The notes beneath the pieces are model-generated. The model did not search any database and was not told the origin of the DNA. It saw nothing but the letters and a program-made list of their open reading frames with translations. A stretch of DNA of 64,000 nt from Octopus sinensis (Eukaryota): NCBI RefSeq assembly GCF_006345805.1, contig NC_042997.1, positions 209,684,001-209,748,000 on the forward strand. Reading direction: 5' to 3'. How positions within the stretch are numbered: position 1 is the stretch's first letter; every line of letters begins with the position of its first letter. Below, one piece after another: positions 23,872-37,794 of the stretch. Made by a program: the position numbers and the translations under genes.

Positions 23872-26453
23872 GTATTGAGAATTTATCATCAACACTCAAG
23901 AAATCTTTGCAGAACTTTGTCCCAACCAACAACAAGAAGCGGCAGCAAGTCTTCCCTAGTTGCCGCAAAGAACATCTCTTAGCAATAAGTCGGAAGCAGC
24001 TTCTGAATGAATACATGTCACTGGAAAGTAGCCGGGAGTTACACAAAGCCATGAAACCAGCTCCTGTTATGGATCGCAGTACATCTGACTCGGAGGTTCA
24101 GGAACTCTCCGAGAGCAACCAGCCACCAACCAAGTGGAAACTAGATAAAAAACGTAAATATAAATTTGGTGAATCTCAGTTTCTGTCTTGGCAGAACCGT
24201 TACCAAACGCTGAGTGAAGAAAATCTAAAAGGTATTCAACGTAGTAAAATCCAGGAGGTCTTCCATCCAGCCGAAACCTGTTTGCTTATGATTGATATCA
24301 TCCAGAACGTGTGTTTGCTGGACTTAAACCAAACGGTGCCCTCAAAGTTAGTGTCAGTCTCTTTGCTGCCTGAGTTGTTAGATGCTCTTTTTCGTTTCCA
24401 TGACATGTTCCAAAATCCAAATCCACAAGTATGGACCAAGGACATTCTAGCTTATATCCTAAAACACCTTTTGCAGTTGGTGTTCATGCTAAGCAATATA
24501 ACTGCTACACAACAAAATGGTTCCAGTATTTTGATCCGGAATCGGATATTTCCCAGTTTACTTTATTTAGCTCATGATCTTTTAGAAGATATTACCTACC
24601 CTGAGAACATAGTCTGGTCTGAAGTATCGGACCAGTGCCACGTTAAAATGGTATTGGTGTCCGACATCATATCAGGATTACTGCTCTGTGCTACTGAAGT
24701 CTTTCACAATATTCCACTGAATCCTGTTTTTATAAACTCAGCTTTAAAAGTTATGTGGATATTCAGAGAAGAACGAGGTTTTAGTATGTTGGAATTGATC
24801 CTTTCTTGGCTTGACTCTGAATGTTTCCCACATAAAGTTTGTAAAAAATTCTCCCCCAAAGACAATCTTTTAAAGTCAGTCAGCAGTCTTGTAATAGCCA
24901 TGAAGAAAGCCAAAGTTGGTTACATTCATTCTTCCACCTGTATGAAGAAGAAACACAGAAAATGTATTTATACTCATTGTTTTGATCATCACCATAATAT
25001 TCTTGGCTTTGCTTTCACCAAAAATGTCAGCCGACAGAAACTGGATGTTTCTTCAGATATTTGTGTTGTTGGTTATTGGTCACAATTCTTACTTGATGTT
25101 TTACCGTTTCTCAAATCTAAGCAACAACAACTTCAAGTCTTCACCCTGTTTGTAACAGCTGGCATTTGTTGTTGTATCGGGATAGAGGTTATGCTGTCCA
25201 GCTTCCATTCGTCTTTCTATAATCTGTCTCCAGCTGTAAAGAACTATGCCTTAGACATCATGAACAATATGCTGCTGGAACAGTTGTCTGGTGCCAGACA
25301 CATAGCACAGAAACCAAGTAAAATCGAAATTTGTAAGGTGTGTGAGGACGATTCCTTTGATACTTTTAGTGGTAAATTAAAACGTGGAATGGACCCAGAC
25401 TGCAAAGTGAATCCAGAAGCGCACGACAGTGGTGTGTCAAGTAGCGAAATATCATCAGAAGATTTCAAGTCTTCTATGAAGAAAGATTTGCTCAAGCGAT
25501 GGGGATCCCTGGCCAAAATGTGTGATATCTTATATTCTGGGGACACAGTATCTGCTTCGTTACTCTCCAAACATTTGTTGATCTTAGCTGTCCATGGCAG
25601 AACAGAAGTTAAACAAGAACTATTCCATTCCATTTATTTACCAATTCTTACAGACTACTGCAAGTGGAAATCCACAACACAACATATCATACCATCACCA
25701 CTCAGTAAATCTGTCATCATGAACTGTCTGTCTGCCTTTCCGTATCTCCTGCAAGCAGAGTCTGTCATGCCAACTTTCTTGGCTCGACATGGCATTGAAA
25801 AATTATGGACGATTCTTGAGGATCCGTCTTTACAGGAACTTGTCTTGCATGTGTTCGAAGCTTTGATAATTGCTGACGAATATGTGTCGTTAGAGAATAT
25901 ATTAAAAGAGAACAAAGTATCGGAGAGGCTGATGGACGAGAACAGTCCGGTGTCCGACTTCTCCAGTGACGATGATCTGACCTACAGCAGTAACATGGTC
26001 ATCCGGTCGTTCTTGAAGATCTTATCTGAAAATATCAAATTACATGGTGTCTCTATTAACATACTTCCAAAGAACTTTCTAAAAGACTCTGAAATGAATG
26101 ATGGAGAAGAGGTGAACCAATTATCAGATTCTTCCATGCATCTAAAATGGTTCCTACTTTTAAGAAATCTATGGAGAACGTGTCAAGTTCTTTTGCTCAA
26201 TAGTCCCAGCTTTCTTCTCCAATTCAAAACCTCCGAATGTTTCATGCTTGCCAAACAGATTCTCTTCCACATCATACCGCAACTTGGGACTTACGCCAGT
26301 CCAACTCACCAATTCATGGAACCGGGTGTTTATAACAGCAATATCGGTGACCAACCCCTACAATCTGTACCAATCTTCCAACAAGCTCTCAGTCTTCTTG
26401 AGTCTGTACTTATGGCCTGTATCATCTGCTACATGCCAGCATTTGCAGCCAAG
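23872..26453 (+). CDS. LYST: LYST giant exon (2582 nt, phase 1 to 0)
   Basis: tttctcacag acceptor and AAG|gtaaca donor. It contains the 863-aa ORF with STSDSE, the KKKHRKC...HHH motif, GICCC, ICKVC and VLHVFEALII. Confidence 0.95.
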
Positions 26454-27745
26454 GTAACAAAATATTTCCGGTTTTCTATTCCTTTGTTTCCTGTTTAATT
26501 CTGTTGTATTTGAAAAGTTCTGTTAGATTTCTTTAAAATCTGTTAATCTATGATTTATTGTGCTGGCGTTAATACAGAATCCTTGAGAAAGAGATAAACG
26601 ACAATGGTGCATTGTAAAATGGAAGCCGTTTAGCTTTTGGATAAATATCTTTCTGTTCTTTCTCAGGCTGAGTGAAAGTCCAGGAAATTGAATTGTCAGA
26701 CATTTTACAGAATGGCTGGCTTTGTTGACATCACACATTTGTGTATGCGTCTGTGTGTATGTGTGTGTATGTCTGTATCTGTGTCAGTCTGCATGTGTGT
26801 TAGTGTGCGTATGTATTGCAATGTCTCTTTGTATGTCTCTCTCTTAGTCTGGGTCTGAGCTTCACTGTGTGTGTCTGTGTTTTAGTGTAGATATGTACTT
26901 CAGTGTGTGTTTGCACGTGTGTCTTTTACTCTGTGTCTGAGTCTCACTGTGTGTGTGTGTGTGAGTTACTCAGTGGTTCTCTGTGTGTGAGTTTCTCTCA
27001 TCTTTTTGTATCTATATGTATGTCAATGTGTGTTTACATGTGTGTGTGTCTCTCTCTCTTAATGTCTCTGTACTTCACTGTGTGTGTGTGTGTGTGTGTC
27101 TAGAAAGAGGAAATGGATGCCATGATGTTTTATAATTACTAGGATCAAAACAATGAGACTCTATTAGAAATAATGAAACTTCAACAGCGTTCTTTATATT
27201 TTGATATTATTTACAATGATTACAATATCCAGTGTTATCATCATTGTCCCCATTGTCACCGCCACTCCACTACCATCACCACTACCACCACCACCCCACT
27301 GCTACCACTGCCATTACCACTACCACCACCGTTACCACTGCCACCACTGGTTTCAAACCTTGACATGGGGCCAACAATTGTGAGGGAGGCCATTGTTTGG
27401 TTACACTGACTCCACTGCTTGACTCGTATTTATTTTATAAATCCTGAAGGGACAAAAGCAAAAGCTGGCCTCAGCTGCATTTGAACCCAGAACGTAAAAA
27501 AAAAAAAACCAAAAGAAAATGATGCTAAGTATTTTGTCTGGTGCCGTGATGATGATGCCAGCTCACTGCCTTAATAATAATAATAATAATAATAACAATA
27601 ATGATAATAATAATAATGATAATAATGATAATAATAATAATAGTAATAATAATGATAATAATAATAATAATAATAATAGTAATAATAATGATAATAATAA
27701 TAATAATGATGATAATAATAATAATAATAGTAATAATAATAATAA

Positions 27746-28410
27746 GTGCATTGGATCTCTGCAAAATGTGTGGGAAGAGGGTTGAAAGTGTGACTCACAA
27801 AGTCTTGTGAAGAAAGTGTACAAGCGTAGACATGACAAAGTAGCCGAAAACCTCCACTGGTTACTATGCCAGAAGTATGGATATGAGGTTATGGGTGCTT
27901 GGTACCAACATACATCGGAAAAGGTAATGGGCGAAAAAGGGAAGGCAAAATTCCTCTGGGACTTTGACTTCCAGACAGACAAAGTATTAGAGCACCGAAG
28001 GCCGGATATAGTAACCTTTAGGAGGGACAAACAAGGGTGCTTAATAGTCGACGTAGTAGTGTCAGGAGATCAACACATTATGAAGGAAAGAGAAAATGTT
28101 GATAAATATGGAAACCTGAGAATTGAGATTGCTAAGATGGGGCAGCTATGAGAGTTGAACATAAACTGTTATCCCTATTGTCATCGGAGCAATGAGTTCA
28201 ATACCACCCAATCTGAAGAAACATTTGAAAAGCTTAGAGATACCCCGCAATCTAGTTGTATTGCAAAAGACAGCATTATTTGGAACTGAAGGCATATTGC
28301 GTAAAGTACTGTCTGAGGTCCTTGTTGTGACTTGACAAACAGTACAAACCCCCTGGTAGACAAAATATCTTCAATCAACAACCTCACGATATTGTATACT
28401 GGGCGACATC

Positions 28411-28411
<1 letters not shown>
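27746..28411 (+). mobile_element. R4/Dong-type non-LTR retrotransposon 3' fragment (CCHC plus restriction-like endonuclease), decayed
   Basis: CKMCGKRVESVTH, YKRRHDKVAENLHWLLC, LWDFDFQTDKVLEHRRPDIV...DVVV...KY, LQKTALFGTEGILRKVL. Flanked by (TAA)n on both sides. Confidence 0.85.
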
Positions 28412-28446
<35 letters not shown>

Positions 28447-28774
28447 AATAATATTAATAATAATAAATTGAAAATTATTTAAGAAAGATCCCTGGTTTAC
28501 CGTCCCTGCAAAATGTGTAAAAGATTGCTGTGTCACATGCAATTGAGAAGAGCCTTGTTGCTATGGGAACGATTACCTCCATGTAAATAATTTTTTTCTA
28601 CATAATTTTTTTCTACACTCACGGAGTGGTTGGCGTTAGGAAGGGCATCCAGCTGTAGAAACATTGCCAAATTAGACTGGAGCCTGGTGCAGCCTTCTGG
28701 CTTCCCAGAACCCCGGTCGAACCGTCCAACCCATGCTAGCATGGAGAACGGACGTTAAACGACGACGATAACTT

Positions 28775-28992
28775 TTTACTCTTTTACTTATTTCAGTCAG
28801 TTGACAGTGGGCATGCTGGTGCACTGCCTTTTAGTTGAATAAAGTGACCCCAGGACTTATTCTTTATAAGCCTAGTACTTATTCTATCGATCGCTTTTGC
28901 TGAACTGCTAAGTTACAGGGATGTAAACACACCAACTTTGGTTGTCAGGCAATGGTGAGTAGACAAACACAGAAACAAAGACATACACACAG

Positions 28993-29023
<31 letters not shown>

Positions 29024-29200
29024 CATATATACACGACAGGCTTCTTTCAGTTTCCGTCTACCAAATCCACTCACAAGGATTTGGTTGGCCCAAGGCTATA
29101 GTAGAAGACACTTGCCCAAGGTGCCATGCAGTGGGACTGAACCTGGAACCATGTGGTTGGGAAGCAAGCTTCTTACCACACCGCCACTCCTGTGTCTATT
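28775..29200 (-). mobile_element. SINE family B, full length
   Basis: Reverse complement of the 19873-20285 consensus; similar minus copies at about 15877-16245, 31145-31760 and 47680-48055. Confidence 0.8.
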
Positions 29201-29549
29201 TGATTTTGTACATGAATAGTCTGTTGTGTTTATTTTAATGACCTTTCAATGTATGTAGTGAGTTTCTTTGCCCTAGGTGTCAGGAAGACACCCAGCAAGA
29301 AATGGAAACAAAACTGAAAGAAGAAAAACTAATAATAATAATAATCCTTTTTCATTGACCCCAGTATTTCACTGGTACTTATTTTATTGACCTCGAAATG
29401 CAAAGTCAACCTCAGTGACCTTTGAACTCAGGAATGCTGTTCAGTATTTTAACCAGTGCAGTAATGATTCTCCCAGCTTGACATTTATCAACTGTTATTG
29501 TTGTTGTCATGGCGATAGTTTGTTTACTTCAAAACTGCATCATGGGAAA

Positions 29550-29756
29550 GCCTCTCTCTCTTTCTCTCTCTGTCTGTCTCTCTCTCTTTCTCCCTCTCTC
29601 TCTCTCTCCCTCTCTCGCTCTCTTTCTCTGTCTGTCTCCCTCTCTCTCTCCCTCTCTCTCTCTTTCTCTGTCTGTCTCTCTCTCTCTTTTCTCTCTTTCT
29701 CTGTCTCTCTTTCTCCCTCTCTCTCTTGCTCTCTTTCTCTGTCTCTCTCTCTCTCC

Positions 29757-29787
<31 letters not shown>

Positions 29788-29920
29788 TTCTCTGTCTGTC
29801 TCCCTCTCTCTCTCTCTCTCTCCCTTTCTCTGTCTGTCTCCCTCTCTCTCTCTCTCTCCCTTTCTCGGTCTGTCTCTCTCTCTTTTCTCTCTTTCTCTGT
29901 CTCTCTCTTTCTCCCTCTCC
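29550..29920. repeat. (CT)n microsatellite
   Basis: Direct inspection. Confidence 0.9.
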
Positions 29921-30358
29921 ATACACATGATGAAATATAGAGATAAGAATATTGCCTCAAGGAGATTTTCAAGTCTTCTTTTTCTATTTTTCTCTTTTCA
30001 CTTGTTTCATTCATTGGAGTGAGGCCATGCTGGGGCACAACCTCCAAGGGTTTTTTTTGTCAACCAAATTGACTCCAGTAGTTAAATTCTCTTTAAAGTC
30101 TGCCACTTAAACTGGTGCTTTTAAACAGAAATACCACTCGTTCCCTCGTCACATCAGAAATGCTGTGTTTGGCCTTTCGGAAACCTGTAATTAACGAAGC
30201 TATTGTTCAGAAAATGTGGTTTAAAAATATTTTTAAATAAATAAATTGATGATGAATGTAGTTGACTTAACTGTCCCCTATTCCCACCCCGTATTTAAAT
30301 GGTATTTATTTTATTGATCCCTGGAAAGACGGAATGCAAGCACTGCAGAATTGTTTTC

Positions 30359-30798
30359 GGATCTTTTCGCTTTGACCGTCAGTTTTTTAAAATAATTTCT
30401 AGGTAACTAAACACTTTTAAACTTCGTATACTGGTAGAATGTGTTTATAAAACATCTTTTTCTCTTGGCTTTATTGAGAAAATTCTATAGTTTGTAAGAT
30501 ATTTCCTCTTTAATTTCTTAATTTTCAGCAATTTCAACCAATCATATGACACTGCAAAAAAGTGTTGTTGACAGACTTCAGCAGATATTGTTTTCACATC
30601 AATAGATGTCATTGATTGGTTGAAATTGCCGAAAATTAAGAAATTAAAGAGGAAATAGCTTACAAACTACAGAATTTTCTCAAGAAAGCCAAGAGAAAAA
30701 GATGTTTTATAAACAAATTCTACTAGCATACAAAGTTTAAAAGTGTTTAGTTACAAAGAAATTATTTTAAAAATCTGCCGTTCAAACCGAAAAGATCC
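30359..30798. repeat. Fold-back element: two inverted arms of about 190 bp with a 57-bp spacer
   Basis: 30359-30550 is the imperfect reverse complement of 30608-30798 (GGATCTTTTC...GAAAAGATCC). Confidence 0.9.
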
Positions 30799-31361
30799 TT
30801 GTTTCCAGCTGAATGGGGGATACTAGATTCCCTTCTTTGAAAATATAAGGACACAGATCAAATTTTATAGGCAGCTGGAGACGATGTCTCCTGGGGCTAA
30901 ATTACAGTAACATTCGTCCTAAACCAGGACTGCCATGTTATGGTGGCAAATAATCTTTACTCCAAAGTACTGTTGCTGAATATCTCATGTTGTGAAATTT
31001 ATAATTAGTAATTTTCTAACTGCAGAATGAAGTGGTAGAAATAATAAAGCGCAGGAGTTAAAAATACCTGGTAGTATTTACTGATGCCCTTTCACTTTCT
31101 AACTTCAAATCCCGAAATGATCAGCTTTGAATTTCATCTCTTCAGGTTGTTCTTTTATTCTTTTATTTGTTTCAGTCATTTGACTGTGGCCATGCTGGAG
31201 CGCCGCCATTAGTTGAACAGATTGACCTCAGGATTTATTCTTTCTAAACCTATTATTTATTCTATTGGTCTCTTTTGCCGAACCACTAAGTTACAGGGGT
31301 ATAAACAAAACCCACATTGGTTGTAAAGTGAAGGTGGGGGGGTACAAACACAGAAACAAAC

Positions 31362-31420
<59 letters not shown>

Positions 31421-34400
31421 TATATACACACGATGGGCTTCTTTCAGTTTCCATCTACCAAATCCACTCACAAGGCTTTGATTAGCCTGAGGCTATAGTA
31501 GAAGATACTTACCTATGGTCCCCTGCAGTGGAACTGAACACAAAACCATGTGGTTGGCAAGCAAGCTACTTACCACACAGCCACACACACGCACACGCAT
31601 ATATAGAGGTTTTTTCAGTTTCCGCCTACCAAATCCACTCACAAGGCTTTGGTCGGCCTGAGGCTATAGTAGAAGACACTTGCCCAAGGTGCCATGCAGT
31701 GAGACTGAACCCAGAACCATGTGGTTGATAAGCAAGCTTCTTACCACTCAGCCCATAATGTTTTTATTTAGTGACCAGGATGACAATGGTGATGATTTCA
31801 TTTGATGACGCCATTAAATTAGCGTCTGTAACAAGAGTGTCTGTCTTTCAGGCACTAATTATAGGTCGGTGGGAGATCAAGAAGAGATTAAAATGGGGAA
31901 CTGATTCACCCTGAGGCCTGGCTGTGCTACCAGATGTCATTCGGCTGCCATATCAGCTGTCAGCTTGTTATCAGAAAGATTACTGTTGCTCACTAAAACA
32001 TCTTAATTGCAGCAGTACTAGTTGTAATAACGGTTGCTTCTGTCGGTTTCGGTGTTTGAGTGTTTGAAGGGAAAGATTTCAGCGAAAAGATAGGATTAAA
32101 AATAAAAGAAGCTGCATCTGTTTGTGATGGATTTAATTTGAATCCAGGGATGGATTTTGCTGTGAGGTCACAATGGTGACACTGGTGGTTTTTCATTTTG
32201 CTTGAGATCGGACAAATGTGTCTTTTGATTGCAGGACAGCATTCTTTTCTTCTTTATTGCCCACAAGGGGCTACACACAAAGGGGACAAACAAGGACAGA
32301 CAAATGAATTAAGTCGATTACATCGACCCCAGTGTGTAACTGGTACTTATTTAATCGACCCTGAAAGGATGAAAGGCAAAGTTGACCTCGACGGAATTTG
32401 AACTCAGAACATAACAGCAGATGAAATACCTATTTCTTTACTACCCACAAGGGGCTACACACAGAGGGGACAAACAAGGACAGACAGACGGATTAAGTCG
32501 ATTATATCGACCCCATTGCGTCACTGGTACTTATTTAACCAACCCCGAAAGGATGAAAGACAAAGTCGACCTTGGCGGAATTTGAACTCAGAACGTAAAG
32601 TCAGACAAAATACTGCTAAGCATTTCGCCCGGCATGCTAACAGTTCTGCCAGCTCGCCGAGCATTCATTTCTTCTTCTGTTTCTTCAATTCAAACTGTTT
32701 TGAGGCACCATGGCACATTTTACGCCACTCACATTGATCCCAGCAACAACTTTCCCAAAATGCTAAATTAACCCTTCGGCATTCACATTATTTTGTCTGT
32801 AAAGCTTATTTAATCACATTGTTTTGAATTAGTTATGGATCCTTTTGTAGCTTTGAGATTTTGAGGAGATAACTGCTAATTTTTAGAATGACATTGTCAG
32901 TTTAGTATGAGAGGCCAGATCTGTCCCGCCTGAACATACAACAGGTAAAATATTTTGACCAGATATCATCATCATCATTGTTTAACGTCCGCTTTCCATG
33001 CTAGCATGGGTTGGACGATTTGACTGAGGACTGGTGAACCAGATGGCTGCACCAGGCTCCAATCTTGATTTGGCAGAGTTTCTTCAGCTGGATGCCCTTC
33101 CTAATGCCAACCACTCTGAGAGTGTAGTGGGTGCTTTTTATGTGCCACCGGCATGGGGGCCAGTCAGGCAGTACTGGCAATGACCTCATTCGAATCTTTT
33201 TACACATGCCACCAGCACAGGTGCCAGTAAGGCTATGCTGGAAACGATCATGCTCAAATGGTGCCCTTTTATGTGCCACTGGCATGGAAGCTAGTTGGCT
33301 GCTCTGGTGACGATCATGCTCAGATGGTGCTCACACTGGTAACAATCACACTCGAATGGTGCCTTTTATGTGCCAGCCGGTTTAAATGCTAAAGGAATAA
33401 GCTCTATGGATCTTAGTGATTATTTCAATTTATCCTTCAGTAAAGGAAGACCTGACCTTAAAACCTAAAAACAGACTTTTCTTTACTGTGGAATCCCTCT
33501 ACTTTTTAGCCATACAAGAGAATTCTTGGAACGCAGTACTCTTGCATTCTAACCGCATATCCTCTCCATCTGCTCTGAATTTTCAACAAAACACTTTCCA
33601 GACTGGAGTTGTGACATTTTCCTAAAATTTTTGACATTTGATATCTTACTTTCTCATTTTATGCTACAGACACAGCACAGACAGTACGTGTGGAAGGTTT
33701 CAAGTTTATTTATATGTCTGTAGTAAGGAGGCTATGCTTCTTCCCACCTTCCCCCGTACAAAAGTCTACTCCAATTACAAGATTTGTATACACTTATTTT
33801 AGTTTTCAAACTGACACCTTGTTCATCCCACAGAAGATGGGAAAGTTTTCCAAAAGTATTTGTAGCTTTAAATATGCTTTTCTACTCTGGGCACAAGGCC
33901 CAAAATTGACCTCAGTACATAACTGGTACTTAATTTATCAATCCTCCAAAAGGATGAAAGGCAAAGTCGACCTCAGTGGAATTTGAACACCCATGTTTCC
34001 AGAGGTGAATAATTCAAACCCCAAAGAATCCCTCTCAACACATGGCTATGATGCTCCCCCACTACTTCTGCTCGTGATCAGAGATGCACATATCGTCAGC
34101 CACCAAGGGACATGATCAACTGGTTACGGTCCAACAACTGACAAGCAAATCTGTGGTATTGAGCAGAATATTTGCTGTAGCCCATCTTTTATACCAAGAC
34201 AAAACAATGTACATGATAACACTTCCAATCAGTTAAGATCAGAAGCCACATGAGCCACTGTCTGGTACTGCATCAGGGCATTTATCATTATGAATATTAT
34301 TATTATTATTATTATTAAAATATATATTCTTATGTGGAAGCTGTCTTCTCCAGTTCAGCTATTCAGTTTTCACTGATTAAATATCATTATTAAAAAATGA

Positions 34401-35846
34401 AATAAAATTGAACATACACTTGTGTTGTTAAAACAGAGCCAAATTTTGATTCTGACGTCTGGCCATGATAAATACTTGTACAATGTTGGGTTTTTTTTTT
34501 CAATTCTTTTTTGTTTTCAAATTTTTGTTTCTTATTTTGATGGTGTAGATGACAGTTCAACAAGTGATCAATAACTTGCACAAAATCAATGCAACTGTTA
34601 AAGAAGACAGCAAATCGGAAGCAGAAACATTTGCTCTGTAGACATTGTGCAAATATAAACTTAACTGATGAATGTCGCATCAATGAACTCCTGTCATGCT
34701 GTCAGCCCCCTCCTCCTCGTAGGCGGCGGCTGCTGCTGCCGAATGGAAACAAGTTATTGAATTTCAGAAAATGCTATTAGTTAAGGTGGTAGGGGTGGTT
34801 TCCATTAGCTCTTTTGAACTTGACCCAGTTTCTGTGGCTCTGTTTCACTTGTTCATTCAACCAGAAACGTTTCCTTTTTGAATTAAGAAACATCAGCCGA
34901 CTGTCAAATTGAGTTCTATTTATTATTCATCAAATTTGCCATGAAATCAACTGAGCGTCACTTCAATTAAAAGAGGAGTTTTGGGAGTATGTCAGGGCCC
35001 AGTAGCATTGTCATCGTCATTTTGATATCCACTTTTCTGTGCTTGCATGAGTTGAGTTGATTTGTTGTGACGGGTTTTCTACAGCTTGATGCCCTCCCTG
35101 TCACCAATTCTCTCCTGTTTCCAAGCAAGGTAATATTTCACCAAGGCCAGACTCGTTTTTGCAAGGAAGACCGGAAACAAAGGACACCAGCTGAATGAAA
35201 GGGATGCTTGTATATAATTCTCATGCAATGTGAAGACAAGGAGACATGTGCATGCACACACACACACACACACTTCTTTCTCCAGTCTATCATCATCATC
35301 GTTTGACGTCTACCTTCCATGTTGCCACAGGTGGGATGGTTTAACAGGAGCCGGCCAGGCTGAAGCCTTCCCCAGACTTCTGTGAGTGTTTTGGCAGGAT
35401 TTTTACAGCTGGATGCTCTTCCTAACACCAACCATTCAGCAGAATGGACTTGGTGCTTTTTGTTAAGGTTATTTCTACAGAAATTAGTGCTTTTTACGTA
35501 GCACAAGCACCGGTGAGGCTAGGAGTGCTTTTTATGTGGCACAAGCACAGGTGGGGTCAGTTTTGGCAAGGTTTTTACAGCTGTATGCCCTCCCAAATTT
35601 GTATGTGCTAGTACATCAGTCGAAATCTGTCTTTTGCTGGTGTCTCAAATTTAAGTTAAATTGGTGTTTCTCAAAGGGGAGGCCATAGGACAAGTTGTTT
35701 TGAGAAAATTTGGTTTAAGTGTTTGACAACTCAGCATCATCCATTGGATGGGGGACGTTTTGCTCGTATATATATATATATCATCATCATCATCATTATT
35801 ATTATTATTGTCATTACTCTATATAAGTTTTTTTTTCCTATTTCAG

Positions 35847-36017
35847 TCGGACACGAAGGATTTCCAGGCATTGCTGTCTGAAGTGAAGGATGGTTTGATG
35901 AAATACAAAACCCTTCAAGTGAACCAACTGCAGATGATTTTTGATACTTTACTGCGCTGTGCAAAACCTGATCGTAGTACAATACTAGAACTGTCCTCTC
36001 TACACACCCTAATGATG
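35847..36017 (+). CDS. LYST: LYST exon (171 nt, phase 0 to 0): SDTKDFQALL...LHTLMM
   Basis: tttttcctatttcag acceptor, ATG|gtaagt donor, open frame, phase consistent. Confidence 0.85.
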
Positions 36018-36302
36018 GTAAGTATCAAGTCAATTTTTATCAGCAGGGCAATGAAGAATCTCCTTGATGGTTATTCAGTCTCCTAGAAATAGCTGTCAAA
36101 TCTTCTTTAATTCATGCTCTGACAGCTTCAGATATAAAGGGAGAACACATTACATAATGCACTTATTGTTTGTAAGCCCAATACTTATTCTATCACTCTC
36201 TTTTGCCAAACTGCTAAGTTACAGGGATGTAAACACACCAACATTGGTTGTCAAGTGATAGTGGAGGGGACAAACACAGACATATGTATATATTTATATG
36301 AC

Positions 36303-36587
36303 CAGGCCTGGCCAACTGGAATTACATTGTGGGGCCACTTTAAACACAGAAATGTTTTTGAGGGCCGCTTGTAAACTGACAGAATTGAAAGCATTGTAAT
36401 TTCTCATGCTATTAATTCCACATGAAATAATATTGTTGCAAAAACAGTAGTAGCTTTCTTTTTTTACTTTTCATTAAAATCTTTGATTTTTGATAAAATT
36501 TTAAAAGTGTTTGTTTAAATGAACCCATTTCAAGATAGAATCAAGCAGGCTGCATGTGGCCCGCGGACCTCAGGTTGGCCAGCGCTG
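36303..36587. mobile_element. hAT/Charlie-like MITE
   Basis: TIRs CAGGCCTGGCCAAC / GTTGGCCAGCGCTG with subterminal GGGCCRC motifs; TSD not clean. Confidence 0.6.
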
Positions 36588-36726
36588 TTCTCGACCATCA
36601 ATCTGGAAAGTAAAAAAACAGGAGAGCTGGAATGTCTTTCATCATATTTGTATTCAATTAGAGTTGATCTGGAGCCAAACGACAATAATTGCTTCACATC
36701 ATTTACATTTGAGAATATGACCCTAA

Positions 36727-36998
36727 AACTGTGTGTACTCCATCCCATGCAGCTGTGGTAGGTTATACAAAGGTGAAACATGCCGCCCCCTCAAAATAAG
36801 GGTAGAGGAACATCACAAAGCTGTGACATGAGGAGATATTGATAAATCGGGTATAACTGATCATGTATGGAAAAATGGAGACCGCATCCCCCCGTGGGAT
36901 GAAGTTAAAATGATAAACAGAGAACACCTCTGGAAAATACAAAAACTAAAAGAAGCAGCACATTTGCTAGGACATAGTAACCTCCTAAGCAGACCTGG
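36727..36998 (+). mobile_element. Penelope-like element GIY-YIG endonuclease remnant
   Basis: NCVYSIPCSCGRLYKGETCRPLKIRVEEH...*GDIDKSGITDHVW...WDEVKMI...KLKEA, with one in-frame stop. Confidence 0.78.
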
Positions 36999-37406
36999 TA
37001 GACAGAAACTGAAAGAAGCCTGTTGTATATGTTTGTGTGTCTGTGTTTGTCCCCCCCACCATCACTTGACAACCGATGTTGGTGTGTTTATGTCCCCATA
37101 ACTTAGTGGTTTGGCAAAAGAGCTTTATAGAATAAGTACTAGGCTCATAAAGAGTAAGTCCTGGGGTCAGTTTGTTTGACTAAAGGTGATGCTCCAGCAT
37201 GGCTGCAGTCAAATGACTGAAACAAATAAAAGAATAAAAGAATACTGCCCTTATAGCATACTTGACAAAAAATTGCTGTGTATTAATATAAACTGTAACC
37301 AGCTTCTAATAATCCTCAAAAACCTTGTTAATAACACCAGAAAGTGCATCCTGAGCCTATCTTCAAATGAGAAATCTCTCAACTCTGCTTCTCATTATCA
37401 CATTGA

Positions 37407-37794
37407 CTGGAGGTGCAATGGCCCAGTGGTTAGGGCAGCGGACTCGCGGTCGTAGGATCGCGGTTTCGATTCCCAGACCGGGCGTTGTGAGTGTTGATTG
37501 AGCGAAAACACCTAAAGCTCCACGAGGCACCGGCAGGGGATGGTGGTGATCCCTGCTGTACTCTTTCACCATAACTTTCTCTCACTCTTACTTCCTGTTT
37601 CTGTTGTACCTGTATTTCAAAGGGCCGGCCTTGTCACTCTCTGTGTCACGCTGAATATCCCCGAGAACTACGTTAAGGGTACACATGTCTGTGGAGTGCT
37701 CAGCCACTTACACGTTAATTTCACGAGTAGGCTGTTCCATTGATTCGGATCAACCGGAACCCTCATCGTCGTAACTGACGGAGTGCTTCCATCC
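37407..37794 (+). mobile_element. tRNA-derived SINE (head D, tail type 2)
   Basis: Same head as 565-965 but a different 3' half; TSD ATCACATTGA at 37397-37406 and 37795-37804. Confidence 0.85.

Noticed and set aside
24236-26354. Antisense ORFs of 61-129 aa opposite the giant exon
   Set aside because: Expected shadow ORFs of a coding strand; no independent splice or motif support.
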